A stretch of DNA of 64,000 bases, from the NCBI RefSeq assembly GCF_009914755.1, contig NC_060934.1; one strand, 5' to 3'. Numbering within the stretch: the stretch's first letter is position 1; the number at the start of each line of letters is the position of its first letter. Source of the stretch: the human T2T-CHM13v2.0 reference genome, Homo sapiens. Below, one piece after another: positions 1 through 18,842 of this stretch. The notes beneath the pieces are model-generated. The model was not told where the DNA came from, did no database searches, and was given only the letters and a program-made list of their open reading frames with translations. A program made the translations under genes and the position numbers.

Positions 1-50
1 TTGATTGAGAGTACTTTCTGCATACATACAAGATATATAGTCTTCTTTTA

Positions 51-378
<328 letters not shown>

Positions 379-727
379 TAAAATAGCACATAGAAGGACT
401 TCATATATGCTGGGATAAAGACACATGCTTCCATCAAGTTCAGCATCTGGAAAAGGTAAGGGAGGAGGTCATCACAATAGTTTCTGTTTTCGATACATGA
501 TATCAGTGACATCTGTCTGACATGTTATCTGTATATATTTTTTAAAGAACTATATGCCTTATGGAATGTAATATTTAATACTGAATTTGAATGAACTTTG
601 TCAAATAACATTCATTTGAATTTTCTACAAACATATCTGAAAGAAATCTCAAAGAAAATTAATCTCATTTTTTCAAATATTAAGTATGTGAAAGTTATAA
701 TGAAAGATCAAAAGAAATAAATGAACC

Positions 728-985
728 TGTTTTTATTTTTATTTTTTGTTTTAAAGCTAAATGTGCTTTATTGAATTGTAATGAAGAGTAGCATCTGTTT
801 TGTAAAGGGTGTAATGAGGGCAGTCCTTTACTTGGATGGAATGAGGCACGATAACTTCTAGGTGAATAGATTTCTGTGCATTTGTTGGGATGTGAGCCAT
901 TGATGACAAATTTGGTGACAGTTCACAGCTTTTTAAGTTGCTTACTATAAGATCTTCCATACACTTTACATGTGAAAAACTGTTG
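728..985 (-). pseudogene. Possible 5'-truncated retrocopy (mRNA 3' end), parent unidentified
   Basis: Minus strand shows AATAAA (~766-771) about 15 nt before a degenerate poly(A) tract (728-752); body resembles no repeat I recognise. Confidence 0.35.
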
Positions 986-989
986 TTTC

Positions 990-2230
990 AGTTTTGGTCA
1001 TTAGAAACACTTTCAGTTGGCTCCAGTGTGCCTTTGTCATATGTTCATTATTGCAGGTTTTTTTTTTTAATTTGATTTGCCAGCTTTCTTCACTTTCTGG
1101 CACTACTACATGCTCCAGGCTCACCTTGTCTATTTTCTGTACCAGTCCTAGAATCAGCCATTGTTTCAGTCAGTTGGGGCTTCTATAACAATTATGTCAT
1201 CGACTAGGTGGCCTAAACAAATATTCATTTCTCACAATTTTGGAGGCTGGGAAGTCCAAAATCAAGGTGCCAGCAGATCTGGTGTATGGTGAGGTTTGTA
1301 TTACCACATGGTGGGAAACAGAGAGAGAGAAAGCCCTCTCACATCTCTTCTTATACGAGCACTGATCTTATAAATGAGTTCTCCACCTTCATGACATGGT
1401 TACCTCCCAAAGATTCCACCTTCTAATGCCATGACATTGGAGATTAGCCTTCAACATATCAATTTTGGGGGTAAACAAACATTCTGTTCATTGCAGCCAT
1501 TTATCCAAAGATCACTGAATCATTTTATTGGAGAACTGTGTTAGCAACCAAGATCTGGGTACTAGGCATACTCATTTCTACCTGGATGTTGTTGCTTCTA
1601 GCCCTTCTCAGCTGACAAAGAAAATAACTACATATGTGAATACAAAGTCATTTGTATGTACGTAATTACATATATATTTTATACTCTACATCTGTATTAA
1701 GCTAAACATGATTTCATGCTGATATTTCCAATTCTGATCTATTACATATGGATCATTCTAGCCTTCTCCTCTTATGTTTCTGTAGTCTCTTACTCCAACA
1801 GTGAAAAACCTGGCTTCAGTCATCATCCAATCAATGATTTAATTGTTTGATTCTAGTGTACATGCATAGCAGTATCAGAATTGTTAGCCTGTACTCCTGT
1901 AAGAAACACCTTTATCAACTAGAATACAGTGTTACCTACTGTTCCTTTTCCCTTGAGTTTTACAAACCTCACTCATTTCTTAAATTACTTTAGTGAGCAA
2001 CTTTTCCCCACTGTTGTTGGTGAGGTTGCTTCACAGGTTTTTAATACAGTTAGATTGTTTTGTTACATTCTAACTTTCTTCATGAGCTGCTAAATAATTC
2101 TCAAAATTTGCATTCATTAAGGTTTATTATCAGTGTCAGTGCATTTTGACAAATGCATAATGACATGTATTCAAAAATAAGGTACCATAAAGATAGTTTA
2201 TCCACCTAAAAACCTCCTGTGCTCCCTCCC
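990..2230 (-). mobile_element. Old L1M (L1MC/MD-like) 3' fragment interrupted by MLT1A
   Basis: L1M 3'-end-like motifs (ttctggcactac...tgctccaggctcaccttg; accaagatctgggtactagg) resume on both sides of the LTR. Confidence 0.55.
1162..1495 (-). mobile_element. MLT1A0-like MaLR solo LTR
   Basis: TG...CA ends; 5-bp TSD GCCAT at 1157-1161 and 1496-1500; reverse complement matches the MLT1A start. Confidence 0.85.
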
Positions 2231-2429
2231 TAACTTAAAAGATTTTATAACTCACTCTCTTCCTCAAGAGGGAGGACATAATATTAACCTATATTTTGAT
2301 GTATATGGACTTCCTTTGGCTTATTTTTACCTTTCCAGACACATCTTCAGAGTCATATTCAGACTCAACAATTGTGCACTGAATGCAAATCAAACTGTTT
2401 GTATTTTTTCGAATATATCATCTTGCAAA

Positions 2430-2800
2430 TTAATCAACACTAAATACTTCCTCCCTCTGCTCAAAAGGCCCTTCTAGCCGTGAAAGCCTAAACAATTTCT
2501 GCAAATTCTTCAAAAATCACATCAAATGTTGCCACTGTCAGAACAGACCTCCTCGATCATATAAAACAGGAGAGTTAAAATGTATTCTCCATTTCATTTA
2601 TCCCTCTATAGTTTTTTATTTGTTTTCTTGTTCCTTTCACTAGAATATCCTTGAAGAAAGATGTCATGATATTCACATGTATGTCTCCAGTGCCTGTCAG
2701 AGTATCTGACACAATATTTGCATATTCAATAACTATGAGTCAAAGAGACAATAGAGTGAATGAATGAATAAATGAATGAATGAGGGAGAGACTGAATGAG
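2430..2800 (+). mobile_element. L2 3' end
   Basis: Degenerate L2 terminus (ccagtgcctg...tattcaataa...(gaat)n). Confidence 0.65.
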
Positions 2801-3046
2801 TGAAACATACATATTTATTTCTGATTTCAAATTTCAAAAGTTGAACTATATGGAAGTTGAGGCTACCCTAAGTCTAAAATGGTGAGTCACATCTTCTCAG
2901 GGGAGTTTGAAAAGCCCTAGGTCTAACCACTTGAGGACCACTGGATCTATTCATGGAAGGCTTATGAACGAAGCTTGATAAAAACTTTGTTCCCTTAGAG
3001 TTGATACGAAGTTTTCTTCTTGCTTTGACTTATTAAAAAATTTTTA

Positions 3047-3335
3047 GGCCAGGTGTGGTGGCTCACGCCTATAATCCTAGCACTTTGGGAGGCTGAGGCA
3101 GGCAGATCATGACGTCAGGAGTTCAAGACTAGCCTGGCCAACGTAGTGAAACTGCGTCTCTACTAAAAATACAAAAATTAGCTGGGCGTGGTGGCTTGTG
3201 CCTGCAGTCCCAGCTACTCAGGAGGCTGAGGCAGGAGGATTGCTTGAGCTGGGGAGGCGGAGGTTGTGGTGAGCCGAGATCACACCACTACACTCCAGCC
3301 TAGGCAACAGAGCAAGACACCATCTCAAAAAAAAA
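3047..3335 (+). mobile_element. AluSg-like
   Basis: Full dimeric Alu with the 2-bp left-arm deletion. Confidence 0.93.
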
Positions 3336-4229
3336 TTTTTTTTTAAGAGCTAAATATCTCCATATGACAGCCCAACCTTCTGTGAGTATACATACAACTC
3401 TAAGACTGATTTTCTGGCCAAATGGAGAATTTGGATAATATTGCAAGGCAATAGCAACACTTATCTCACAGGAATCTCTTCTGTCCTTATTTTCAAACTT
3501 TCAATACACAAATTTGGTACAAATATTAAGTACAGATATCATTGTATTAAGTACAAATATCACCACTGAAATTCTTTATTTCACAGGCTTCCACATAAAC
3601 CAATAAAACTAATTTAAAGTCTTGCAGTATATTCCAAGACCTCTTCTCCATGTCACCTAGAATAACCACTCTGTAAACATTCAATGTCAAGCTTAAGTGC
3701 TCAAAAATTGAAATTTTGCTTTAATAAAAAGGATATTGAATGCAACTGAGGAAAGAGTTCCAACTTTCTTTGCTAGATCCTCCAAATAAAAGAACCTATT
3801 ATGCCAAATCAAAGCAGGTATTTCTATTGACGAATGCTAACACCTGCATATCAGGCAGGCTGGGTGATGTCATTCATCTTTTCTGTGCTAAATTCAGCAA
3901 TTAGCCAAAGAACAAACTTGTGCTTGGAAAATGCAATTGCCTCAAATAAATGATTTAAACGAATAATAAAAAGCAATTAATTGTATGATGCATTCTAAAG
4001 ATCAAGTTGCTTCATTTAGGGATCAATGAAAAGCTTTAACCACTAAACCACCTTAAATCAATCTAAACACTTGCACTAAACTTCTTAAACACAAATATTT
4101 TTTCTTTTTTCCTGTCCTCTGAAACGGAATTTATTTGAGGTAGAAATTCCAAAAAAAACCCACACCATTTTGTGATTCAACTGCTTCTCTTAAGACAACC
4201 ACATCAACTTTATCAACTCAAAAGGTTAA

Positions 4230-4549
<320 letters not shown>

Positions 4550-4861
4550 TGTATTACTGTCTTTAGCTGATTAAGGTTAAACATTTAGACTATGATTATT
4601 CAGGGTAAAGAAACTATAAAATGGTCGCGTTAAAATATCTTTATTAAAGAAGTACAACAAACTTACTGGTTAAATGACTTTTTTTTCCCTTTAAGAGTTA
4701 AACTCATTTTCATCCTCATTTTATGCATATGTGAAAGATATATTTTTTACAATTGCTCTAACACAAATACTGCTAAACTTTTACAATAACATTGCTCTTT
4801 TCTTTGGAATAAATGAAGCCTCAAAACAAGTGAACCGTTGCCTGCTATGTGTTATTCTTAC

Positions 4862-4923
4862 CATTTCATTTGCTCCAGATCCACTGCCAGTTTGAAAGCT
4901 CCTGTGCATAAAGCATTGCCAAG
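4862..4923 (-). other. Candidate 62-nt exon
   Basis: Acceptor tatactttcaag, strong donor ATG|GTAAGA, unique sequence; phase-0 frame LGNALCTGAFKLAVDLEQMK is open. Confidence 0.5.
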
Positions 4924-6239
4924 CTTGAAAGTATAATAAACCTTCTGTAATATTCTTGGAGACCAAAGACACTGTGAACTCAGGGAGTCGAGCATTTATA
5001 TGTTTAAGCCAGGTATTGCAATTCTCTTAATCTCATGAGATGTTAAATAACCATGGGCTGAATAAAGCTGTTTTCTGCTAAAAGTGAAATTTTACCCAAG
5101 TCTTATCAATATAAAGTGAGAGTCTCCAGGGTGGAAGGTGGCGTTTGGATTCATAGAAGAGTAAGAATACCTGAGTGGGTGTCATGAGTGTTTTGAGGAG
5201 GGAATAAACACTCAGGCTGTGCGCAGAAACCTCAAACTCTATAGAGTTTTAGAAAAACAAACAAACAAAATATATTACGGTATCCATTGACATGAGACAG
5301 TATTTTTTAAATGATAAATCTGTGTTTCTGTGTATTTCTTACAATCATTAAAAGTATTTTATCCTCTCTATACAACCCTCCAATTTGGATAAAGAAAATT
5401 TAAAAATGTAGAAATGTTTATACTTCATTATTAAAAGATCTGGCATTTATTACAAATTTTTCTTATGCTAATTTTCACTCATGTATTATGGTAGACAAAA
5501 AATTCTACTCACTAATCAAATATTATTCTTGTCTCAGACCTTAAACCAGATGTAGAAAAATTGATCAAGCACATTGGAGTCCCTTCTTATTACAGTAAAA
5601 TATAAGTCCTGTGGCTGAGGTCAAAGTTGAAGCTAGAGAGAGTGAAGGTTTTGCCATCCCCACGACCTCTGAGTCACAGCCTGGCATTTTTCCTGTCACT
5701 GTTGATGGAGTGGTCAAAAAGACTCAGGGCTAAGAGTACTATTCTGGAAAAACCAGACGTAAGAACTTTTCAGATCATAGACAACACAAAGTCTGAGAAA
5801 GTTCTGTCTCTTACAGAAATACCATTCTCCCTACTGCTTTTTTGGAGAATGTCGAGCTGGCTTCAGAAGGCTAAGAAAACACATACATTTTATTCTAACT
5901 GCGGGATATCTGACATATATTTCACCAGGCCTGATAGTGTGAGCATGGCTGAATTGACCTCTGTATGCCTCAGTTTCCTGTTCTGGATGAAGGGTGTAAA
6001 TCAAGCCCACAGGGGTTTAGTGGGAGACTTAGCTCCTGTTCTCACTTGCAAAGGACTCTCAGTCACTGTTTTCCAAACCCACCCTCCTTCGTGAGATGGC
6101 AGAAGTTTCACTTAATTCTACTTGGGTCAGCTCTGATTTCTCCCTCCCAGGGTTTCCATCCAAAGGTTCCTGTTAAAGCTGGTGATGAGAAATCTGACAG
6201 TAAAATGGAGTTGTAAGTTTGATGGGAAGGTTGTTATTT

Positions 6240-6650
6240 TTCCCTGCCCCCACCATCCTTCCTCTACCCCTTTTCCCCCTTCCTCAAATGGCCTGGCTGC
6301 TGCAACGTGAGAAACATAGTTGCACTGCCTCTGCTCGCTGCATGAGGCGAGGTGAAGAGGGGGGCAGTGAGTGCCAGACCCCAGATTGATGGCATGTGGA
6401 AAGCCAGCGCCAGAGCTGCCGGCAGCCAAGCGCTCCTCTGCGGGGATCCCACAGAATACACTTTCCAGATTTCTGGGCCTCTGTCCAGCCACACACTTCT
6501 GTGCATGCAACTCTCCCTTCACGAGAAAGGGGCTGGGAGGGAGGGGTGGAGGCAAAGTCCTCTGTGCACTTGCTTACTTATTTACTGCTTTAGTAAATGT
6601 GCTGAACATATGTTACTTTAAGAAGCAGCCAGGCAGAGAAAGCCAATCTG
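6240..6650. promoter_or_regulatory. GC-enriched promoter/enhancer-like unique segment
   Basis: Raised GC and CpG; GGGAGGGAGGGGTGG (SP/KLF/MAZ-like) ~6535-6549; AGCCAATC at 6641-6648. Confidence 0.4.
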
Positions 6651-6655
6651 ATTAC

Positions 6656-6964
6656 CTCTTTCCACCAAGCCTTCCTCCTCTCCTTCTGGTGTGGATGATT
6701 ACAATTGGATGAGGGCCAGTCTAAAAGGGGGCTATGTCCTCCAGGGCTGACAGCCGCTGGGGTAGGCTTGTGTGGACACAGTGGAAACACCACAGATAGC
6801 GTCTCTTCCACCGTCAACCATGCAGCCATGAGCAATTACATTTCAATTCCAGACCATCCGCTCTGGGCATAGCTGCTGCTGTCTGGAAACCCAATACTCC
6901 TGGATCTTGCTTGGCTTAGGAGCTGTAGTGGGCCCCGCAGCTGAGGAATGACTTCCCTCCAGGC
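6656..6964 (-). other. Candidate 309-nt exon
   Basis: Acceptor ttccgcag, donor GAG|GTAATC; ATG at 6829 gives 58 codons (MAAWLTVEE...AWWKE) to a phase-0 donor. Confidence 0.35.
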
Positions 6965-7441
6965 CTGCGGAACTAGATTATGTTCATAGGAATTAACTAA
7001 GAATCTTACCTATTCTAGCGTCACTGGGTTTGGAATGCCTTTCTCTCCTCCAAATTTCTGCAAATAAAAGCTAAACTTGAAGCAGGCTAACTAGCCAAGT
7101 AAGAAATGGTTGAGTGAATAGAGTCTAATAAGAGCAGATTGAATTTATGCTCTCAGATGAAATTAAGATATGAGGACCACGAGAAATAGAAAGACATTAT
7201 GAGATTAAAAGTTGTTTAAACAAAATGCCCCAAGTAGCTATAGAGTTGAAGTGTTCTGGCTCAAGATGTTTGAATCAGCACATTCCTTTTTCTCAACTCT
7301 TTTGAGAGCCTATTAAAGTGACAGTCAGTGAATTAAAAGTTATACACGCATAACAAGAACAACGATAAAACCCACGAAAGAAGAGATCTGTGGAGAAGGT
7401 GGAAAGTGGATAAAATGATGGAGATGGAAAAGGCAGCATCA

Positions 7442-7502
7442 GGCTGGGCGCGGTGGCTCATGTCTGTAATCCCAGCACTCTGGAAGGCCGAGGCGGGCAG
7501 AT
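7442..7502 (+). mobile_element. Alu 5' fragment
   Basis: Only the first ~60 nt of the left arm. Confidence 0.85.
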
Positions 7503-7690
7503 TTAGTTCCCTTAATATAGAAAGTGAATCAGGGAATCACAGATCACCTCATCTCTCATCCCAACTCCTGTGCAGACCAGGTAATACCTTGGAGAGTCTT
7601 TCTCTATAAAAACTTCTAACTATTTTGGGAAAACTAGGGGAGATAAGATGGATAGTGTCATCCTAGAGCAAAGCACTAATGCTTGTGGAA

Positions 7691-7764
7691 TTTTTTTTAA
7701 TTTTATTATTATTATACTTTAAGTTTTAGGGTACATGTGCACAACGTGCAGGTTTGTTACATAT
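7691..7764 (-). mobile_element. L1PA extreme 3' stub
   Basis: ttattatactttaagttttagggtacatgtgcacaacgtgcaggtttgttacatat. Confidence 0.9.
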
Positions 7765-7829
7765 AAGCCTCTAGGACCATGCCCAACTCCAGGCTCACTC
7801 GACATCTCTTGCCTGCCTCTAAGCCCTTC

Positions 7830-10070
<2,241 letters not shown>

Positions 10071-10081
10071 ATTTTGCACTA

Positions 10082-10422
<341 letters not shown>

Positions 10423-10452
10423 CCTACTTCATTTTTATACTGCATGGTATGA

Positions 10453-10788
<336 letters not shown>

Positions 10789-10795
10789 TAAACAT

Positions 10796-11205
<410 letters not shown>

Positions 11206-12559
11206 CTACTCTTCTTAACATCATGCATGTATAGAACATTCAAACAGACAAAAATATAAAATAGAACATTTAACCATATTAACACATGAAAATTTGTTCT
11301 AGTACTTATTATTTTTTGCTCTTGCCTATTTCACAGCTGTCAATCAGCTGAAGGAACCATCCAAATATGCCAGCATCTACTTTCGTATGATGGATTTATT
11401 TCATTTTTAATGACTCCCAAGGGAAGCAGTAGATTTTTTTAAATCAAAATTCATTTCAGTGTTATGGCCTAAGATCTTATTAAGCATAAAAAACACATAA
11501 AGTCTATTCATTTCCCATCACACCTCCACTTACTCTTAAGCCATCTTTGTCTCTTGAGTAATATGATAATGTTTATTTTTTCCCTCTACCTTTTTAATTA
11601 GTGTCAGCAAAAGTCCATTTCTGCTACTGGCATAAAATTAATTACCTTGTTGACAGGGGCTGGCATCATGTATTTATATTAAAAGGTAAAACTATTAAAT
11701 TTATAATAACCTGCATATTTTAATTGATAATGTATATATTTATTATCTGCTTTTGTTTTAACAACATTGTAGATCATTTAGGCTTGTCTTGAAAGTTTTA
11801 TTTTTATGCCCTTTGGTCAAATTTATATTTCTGGAATGTTGTTCATTAATTCTAAAGCACTGTCAATTTTCAGAAGTGTTTTTGACACGTCCTCCTGTTA
11901 TAGAAAATTGTCTAGGGGAAAGCTAAAAAAAAACAGAAAACATATACTGGAGTGGATATTTTTATTACTTATTACGGTTAATCATTTCAAAGTTTTAACA
12001 CGTTCATCCAACAGGAAAGCATGATTTTATCTAGTCTATGGTTTCTGTTGCTCCACTTTTTTAAAAAATGAGTAATACTTGAAGCATCCATCCTAAAGGT
12101 TCTCATTTTCTTCCTATATCAATTAAAAGAAAACATTTTATTATCCTAATTAATTGCATGATAAAATTAATTTTAGAATATATTAAAATGCATCATAATT
12201 GTGTTTCTTCAGTAAATGTCTTAGTAATAGGAAATGAACTTCAATACTGAGTAGATTGTGAACCTGTCAGTTGTTTTCCTGCCTCGAGTTTTGAAAAGTT
12301 GAATATTTTTATTTCCTAGTAGTTCTTTTTAAAATGGCAAGACTTCTTTCCACAGTTATTTTCCTGGGAACATTATATTTTATTTTAGAAGCTGTTGAGG
12401 GTGGAATGAACCTTCTCCTCTATAGGGATTTTTTTTAAATGTGGTAACTTATATAAAGTGGAAATGAAGAAAGATGATGATTTAATGTACATGTGGGGGT
12501 GGAAGCATGAGAGGAAGAGGCTGGGTCAGTTTCCTTTATATATCTTGCTTAAATGGTAT

Positions 12560-13390
12560 TCAGTGATGGCCCTCTATTACCTGGATTATGGCCACAGACT
12601 TCTAAATTGCATTCCTACTGCCAGACATGTTCTGCACAGCCCATCTACCTCACACACTGCTGCCAAGTTAAGTTTCTGTATTACAAAAACAATTATATCA
12701 TGCCAGTAGGTGGAAATTTGTTAGCTCCCAATGCTGACGGGACCAATTCCAGTTTTCCTAGTGAAACAAGTAAGGCCCTGGACAATGTATTCCTAACAGC
12801 CTCCTGCCTCATTGCCCTTTTCCAATGAGGCTTTCACCTTCATCACCCTACCCCCAGTGTCACCAGTGACCTCCTTGTCATTTAATAGAATGAACCGTTT
12901 TCCTTCCTAGAGCACTTTCTTCTGCTGCTGACTTTATTGACTCAGCTTAGTCTGATTTTTCTCCTACCCCCTTTGAATGTTTTTTCTATGACTCCTGAAG
13001 GTTGATCCAGTTCCAAACAACCTTTAACTGTCAAGAGCTTTTCAGGAGCTTAGTGCTAAGCCTTCTCCCCGTGGTATTCTCTAGTCTCTTCCTAGGTGAT
13101 TGTGTCCACATGTACAATGCAGTGACCAGGTTTACCCGGATGACTTATAAATTACTATCTACACATTAGGCCATTGCACCCAGCACTGAGCCCTATGAAT
13201 CCAACTGTCCCCTCGACACATATCCTTGAATATCTCAAAAGAACCTCAAACTCAACTTGCATACAATCAAACTCATAAACTTCTCCCAAAAACCTGGTCT
13301 GCCCAATAAATGTTACATTTGCATTTGAAGAAGCAAAATGTTTCACAGTCAATCTTGAAACACTTCCTCATTATTTCCTACTTCCTTCCC
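12560..13390 (+). mobile_element. L2 fragments
   Basis: L2 motifs (ccagtgacctccttg; tatctcaaaagaacctcaaactcaac). Confidence 0.6.
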
Positions 13391-13498
13391 CAGTAAATCA
13401 GGAATTTTAAAATTGTGCTTAATTAATTATCCATGGCTTTATAATCAGCAAGTCCCAAGACATTAATAAGTTTTAATATCACTTAAATAGGATAGGAT

Positions 13499-13850
13499 TG
13501 TGAAAGATAAAGCTGAACGCTAGTTAGAATGGTAAGGGTAGTAATATACTATTTTGAAGAGTCCAGCATGAACTGACCCCAACTACAATTTGTACAGAGG
13601 TGAGTGGGTGTTTTAAAGGGAGAATGAAGGAAGGGAGAATTCCAGGCTCAGTGGAATCTGGGAAGTGAAAAGTGACTAAAAGCAGGAAGGTGGAGTTCAT
13701 GTTAAACCCATCTTGCCTAACTAGCACTTATTGAAGTTAACTAGGGCTCCTACCCTCCCACAGAGACTGGAAGACAGGGGCTCTATCTTCAAGTGTTGGC
13801 TAGAACAAACAATGAATTATTTTTGCAGCCCTGAGTTTTCTCAGGCAGGC
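13499..13850 (-). mobile_element. ERV1 LTR (MER31-like)
   Basis: Motif ctcccacagagactggaagacaggggctctatcttcaagtgttggctagaacaaac, recalled from MER31-type LTRs. Confidence 0.5.
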
Positions 13851-14224
13851 ATTTTATCAAAGATTTATCCAACCCACGTGAATGTGAAAGACAGCTGAGT
13901 GGAAATTTAGGAAGATTTAATTTATGCGTGTGCTTATTTCTTTCTAGGCCAATTAGGACAGAAAACTTTAAAAAGTAATTTTATTACTATAAATTGATTT
14001 GGTAATTCTATCCAGCCATTATCATATAACATATGATAACATATGGGAAGTACTGTATCACAGGGAATTATTATTATACATTTATATATGTGTATTTTGT
14101 GTATATATGTGTATTCTTGAACAGGAAGACAGATGCAAATAAAGATTTTATGGTTTTCACTTAAAAAATTATAGCGTAGTTAAGGTTGCCTACTGAATGT
14201 AAGGTTAGTGCATTTTACCAACAT

Positions 14225-15232
<1,008 letters not shown>

Positions 15233-16185
15233 TTATTTTCATTATAAATGTGTGTGTGTGTGTTGTGTGCCCATACAAAGTTTGCACTGGGTTGAAATGT
15301 AAAAATTATTTCTTAATCTAGACCATGATCAAAATCGTTTGCTTTCTCTTCTGTTTTCCACACCATTATCCACCACTCAAGTTACCTTTAGTTCTCTCAA
15401 GGATCAATAATATAACCTAATTGGTATACACTATAATCTCAGCACAGTGCCCAGGACATAAGAACCACTCATTTAATATATATGAATTACTCTAGCTTTT
15501 TGGTTTCATGTCCTACCAGTCTCCTCCGCAAGCTATAACTTAATCATATCCAACTTCGCTCCATTCTGTAAATATTGGTGTCATAACGTGCTCATCCAGG
15601 CTGTTTTCTTTATTTTCATTGCCAGGTTCCCTCTCTTAGTTGACTGAAATCCATGAAGGAAAGATTAGAGTTTGCCTTCCTTGCTGCCATTGTATCTGGT
15701 AAGTTGCACAATGCCTGGCACCTAATAAATGCTTCATACACAGCTTTTGAGTACACAGATGAGTAAATAACTATATGAACACACTGGTGTTAGAAAATCG
15801 ATACATTTAACAGAACAGTTTAATGGACAACACAAATAACGAGTGGTTTAAAAATCAGTTAACTTTCTTTGGATTAAAACAGCTTCAAAATCATTTGTGT
15901 GTTTTGTTTCAGCTACACTTGAAATTTAAAACTCATGCTTATTTCAAAAGTCAGATAGATTTGTTAAATAGGTGGAAAATCTCATGCATGCACAAAGTAC
16001 TTGCTCATATGACTTTATAACTTTTATTCCAAATTCTCAATTTTTTTTTTTACTTTCTAAATACAATGAAATCTGTGTCTTCTGTAAGAGCTTTTGTTCA
16101 TTAAAATATTTTATTATTTCCATTTTACCTCTACCCTGCAGCAGCACCTTTTTATTCTTTTTCTTTCTGTCAAAACCATTGGATT

Positions 16186-16504
<319 letters not shown>

Positions 16505-16657
16505 TCACTTGTTAATAATTTTCAATGCAACATAACTTGGGCAACATAATTTGAACATTGGAAGCACATGGTATTCTAGACATTATGATCTCACCACATT
16601 AAAGAAAGAATAACCTATTCCAAACAATTTCTCCATTTAGTGTATTTTAGTGTATTT

Positions 16658-16683
16658 AGTGTGTGTGTGTGTGTGTGTGTGTG
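16658..16683. repeat. (GT)n microsatellite
   Basis: Seen directly at the Alu tail. Confidence 0.95.
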
Positions 16684-16896
16684 TTTTTTTTTTTTTTAGA
16701 CGGAGTCTCACTCTGTTGCTAGGCTGGAGTGTAGTGGCACAATCTCAGCTTATTAGAACCTCCGCCTCCTGGGTTCAAGCAATTCTCCTGCCTCAGCCTG
16801 GCGAGTAGCTGGGACTATAGGCGGGCACCACGCCCAGCTAATTTTTGTATTTTTAGTAGAGATGGGGTTTCATCATGTTGGCCAGGATGGTCTCGA
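16684..16896 (-). mobile_element. AluSc-like lacking its 5' ~75 nt
   Basis: Stops at ggtctcgat, followed directly by the poly-T of the next Alu. Confidence 0.9.
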
Positions 16897-17196
16897 TTTT
16901 TTTTTTTTTTTTTGAGACAGAGTCTCGCTCTGTCGCCCAGGCTAGAGTGCAGTGTCGCGATCTCGGCTCACTGAAAGCTCCGCCTCCAGGGTTCATGCCA
17001 TTCTCCTGCCTCAGCCTCCCCAGTAGCTGGGACTACAGGCGCCTGCCACCACGCCTGGCTAATTTTTTGTATTTTTTTGGTAGAGACGGGGTTTCACCAT
17101 GTTAGCTAGGATGGTCTCAATCTCCTGACCTCGTGATCCGCCTGCCTCAGCCTCTCAAAGTGCTAGGATTACAGGCGTGAGCCACTGCGCCCAGCC
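16897..17196 (-). mobile_element. AluY
   Basis: Y diagnostics (gccattctcc, aagctcc, gttagc). Confidence 0.93.
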
Positions 17197-17394
17197 TTTA
17201 ATGTACTCTTAAGCACCTTTTCTAGATCCTACGAGGAAGGATTCAAAGACACTTATTGCCAAGTTTGATGACAATGGATTTAAGGATCTGAATTAAGTTC
17301 AAATCTTTCCGCAGCAACATATGCCTCTTTTGCTCTTTGAAACATTTGCTTTATATTAAAATCTAACTATAAAAAATAATAAAGGATATTTCCT

Positions 17395-17711
<317 letters not shown>

Positions 17712-17734
17712 CTATTTCCTGAATTAATGTTCAG

Positions 17735-17895
17735 AAACTATCCTGAATATTAGTTACTTCTTACAAGACCAGAATTTATGAGTTAATTGTAAATGAATTA
17801 AGACTATATAAAAAACTATCCTGAATATTAAATATTAGTTACTTCTTACAAGACCAGAGTTTATGAGTTAATTGTAAATGAATTAAGACTATATA
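17735..17895. repeat. Two-copy ~76-bp tandem duplication
   Basis: 17735-17810 versus 17813-17895, near-identical. Confidence 0.95.
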
Positions 17896-18161
17896 TTTTT
17901 TTCTTGAAATCTACATGGATTCAAGAATCATTGGTATATTATATATTGTGCACTGACAGTGACATAGTAGACTTCTTGATCATCCTGAGAAGTCTACAAG
18001 ACACTAGAAGAATAGGCTAATCTACTTGTTCAATACTCTTAACTTTCAACATATCTGTTTTGTTTTTATGTATTAATTGTATGCATAGATCTTCAGTGAT
18101 TCTAACTAAAGTGAATAATAATTCAAGAAGCTTAGGCTTTATTAAAAAACACACACACTCA

Positions 18162-18513
<352 letters not shown>

Positions 18514-18842
18514 TCAATTTAGCAATTTAGTCAAAAGTAAATATTTTCCACCTTTACGGTTATTCTGCCATTTCCGAATTCTTCCTCCTAAGTGCTCTCA
18601 ATCTTGTTGCATTGCTTTTTTTTAGAAAAAAATTATCACCACAGCCCTGTTTAAATTTATGCAATGGCTCCCTAAAGCCCCCATGATAATGTCTGAATTT
18701 CTGACAAGGTGGCTCCAATTCTTATTCCAAATTCTTATCTCACTAATTTTTGTCATATTTTATGCTCCTTCCAAATCCTCTTTATCTCCCAAAACTCAGT
18801 TCTGCCTTTGCCTTTGCATGTTGTCTATGTGGAATGCCCAAC

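Noticed and set aside
757-960. MEDLI motif suggesting an RPL7 pseudogene
   Set aside because: The following residues do not match RPL7 (HEIYTVG...)
5627-6094. 155-aa plus-strand ORF
   Set aside because: Non-ATG start, runs through MIR-like sequence, no recognisable domain
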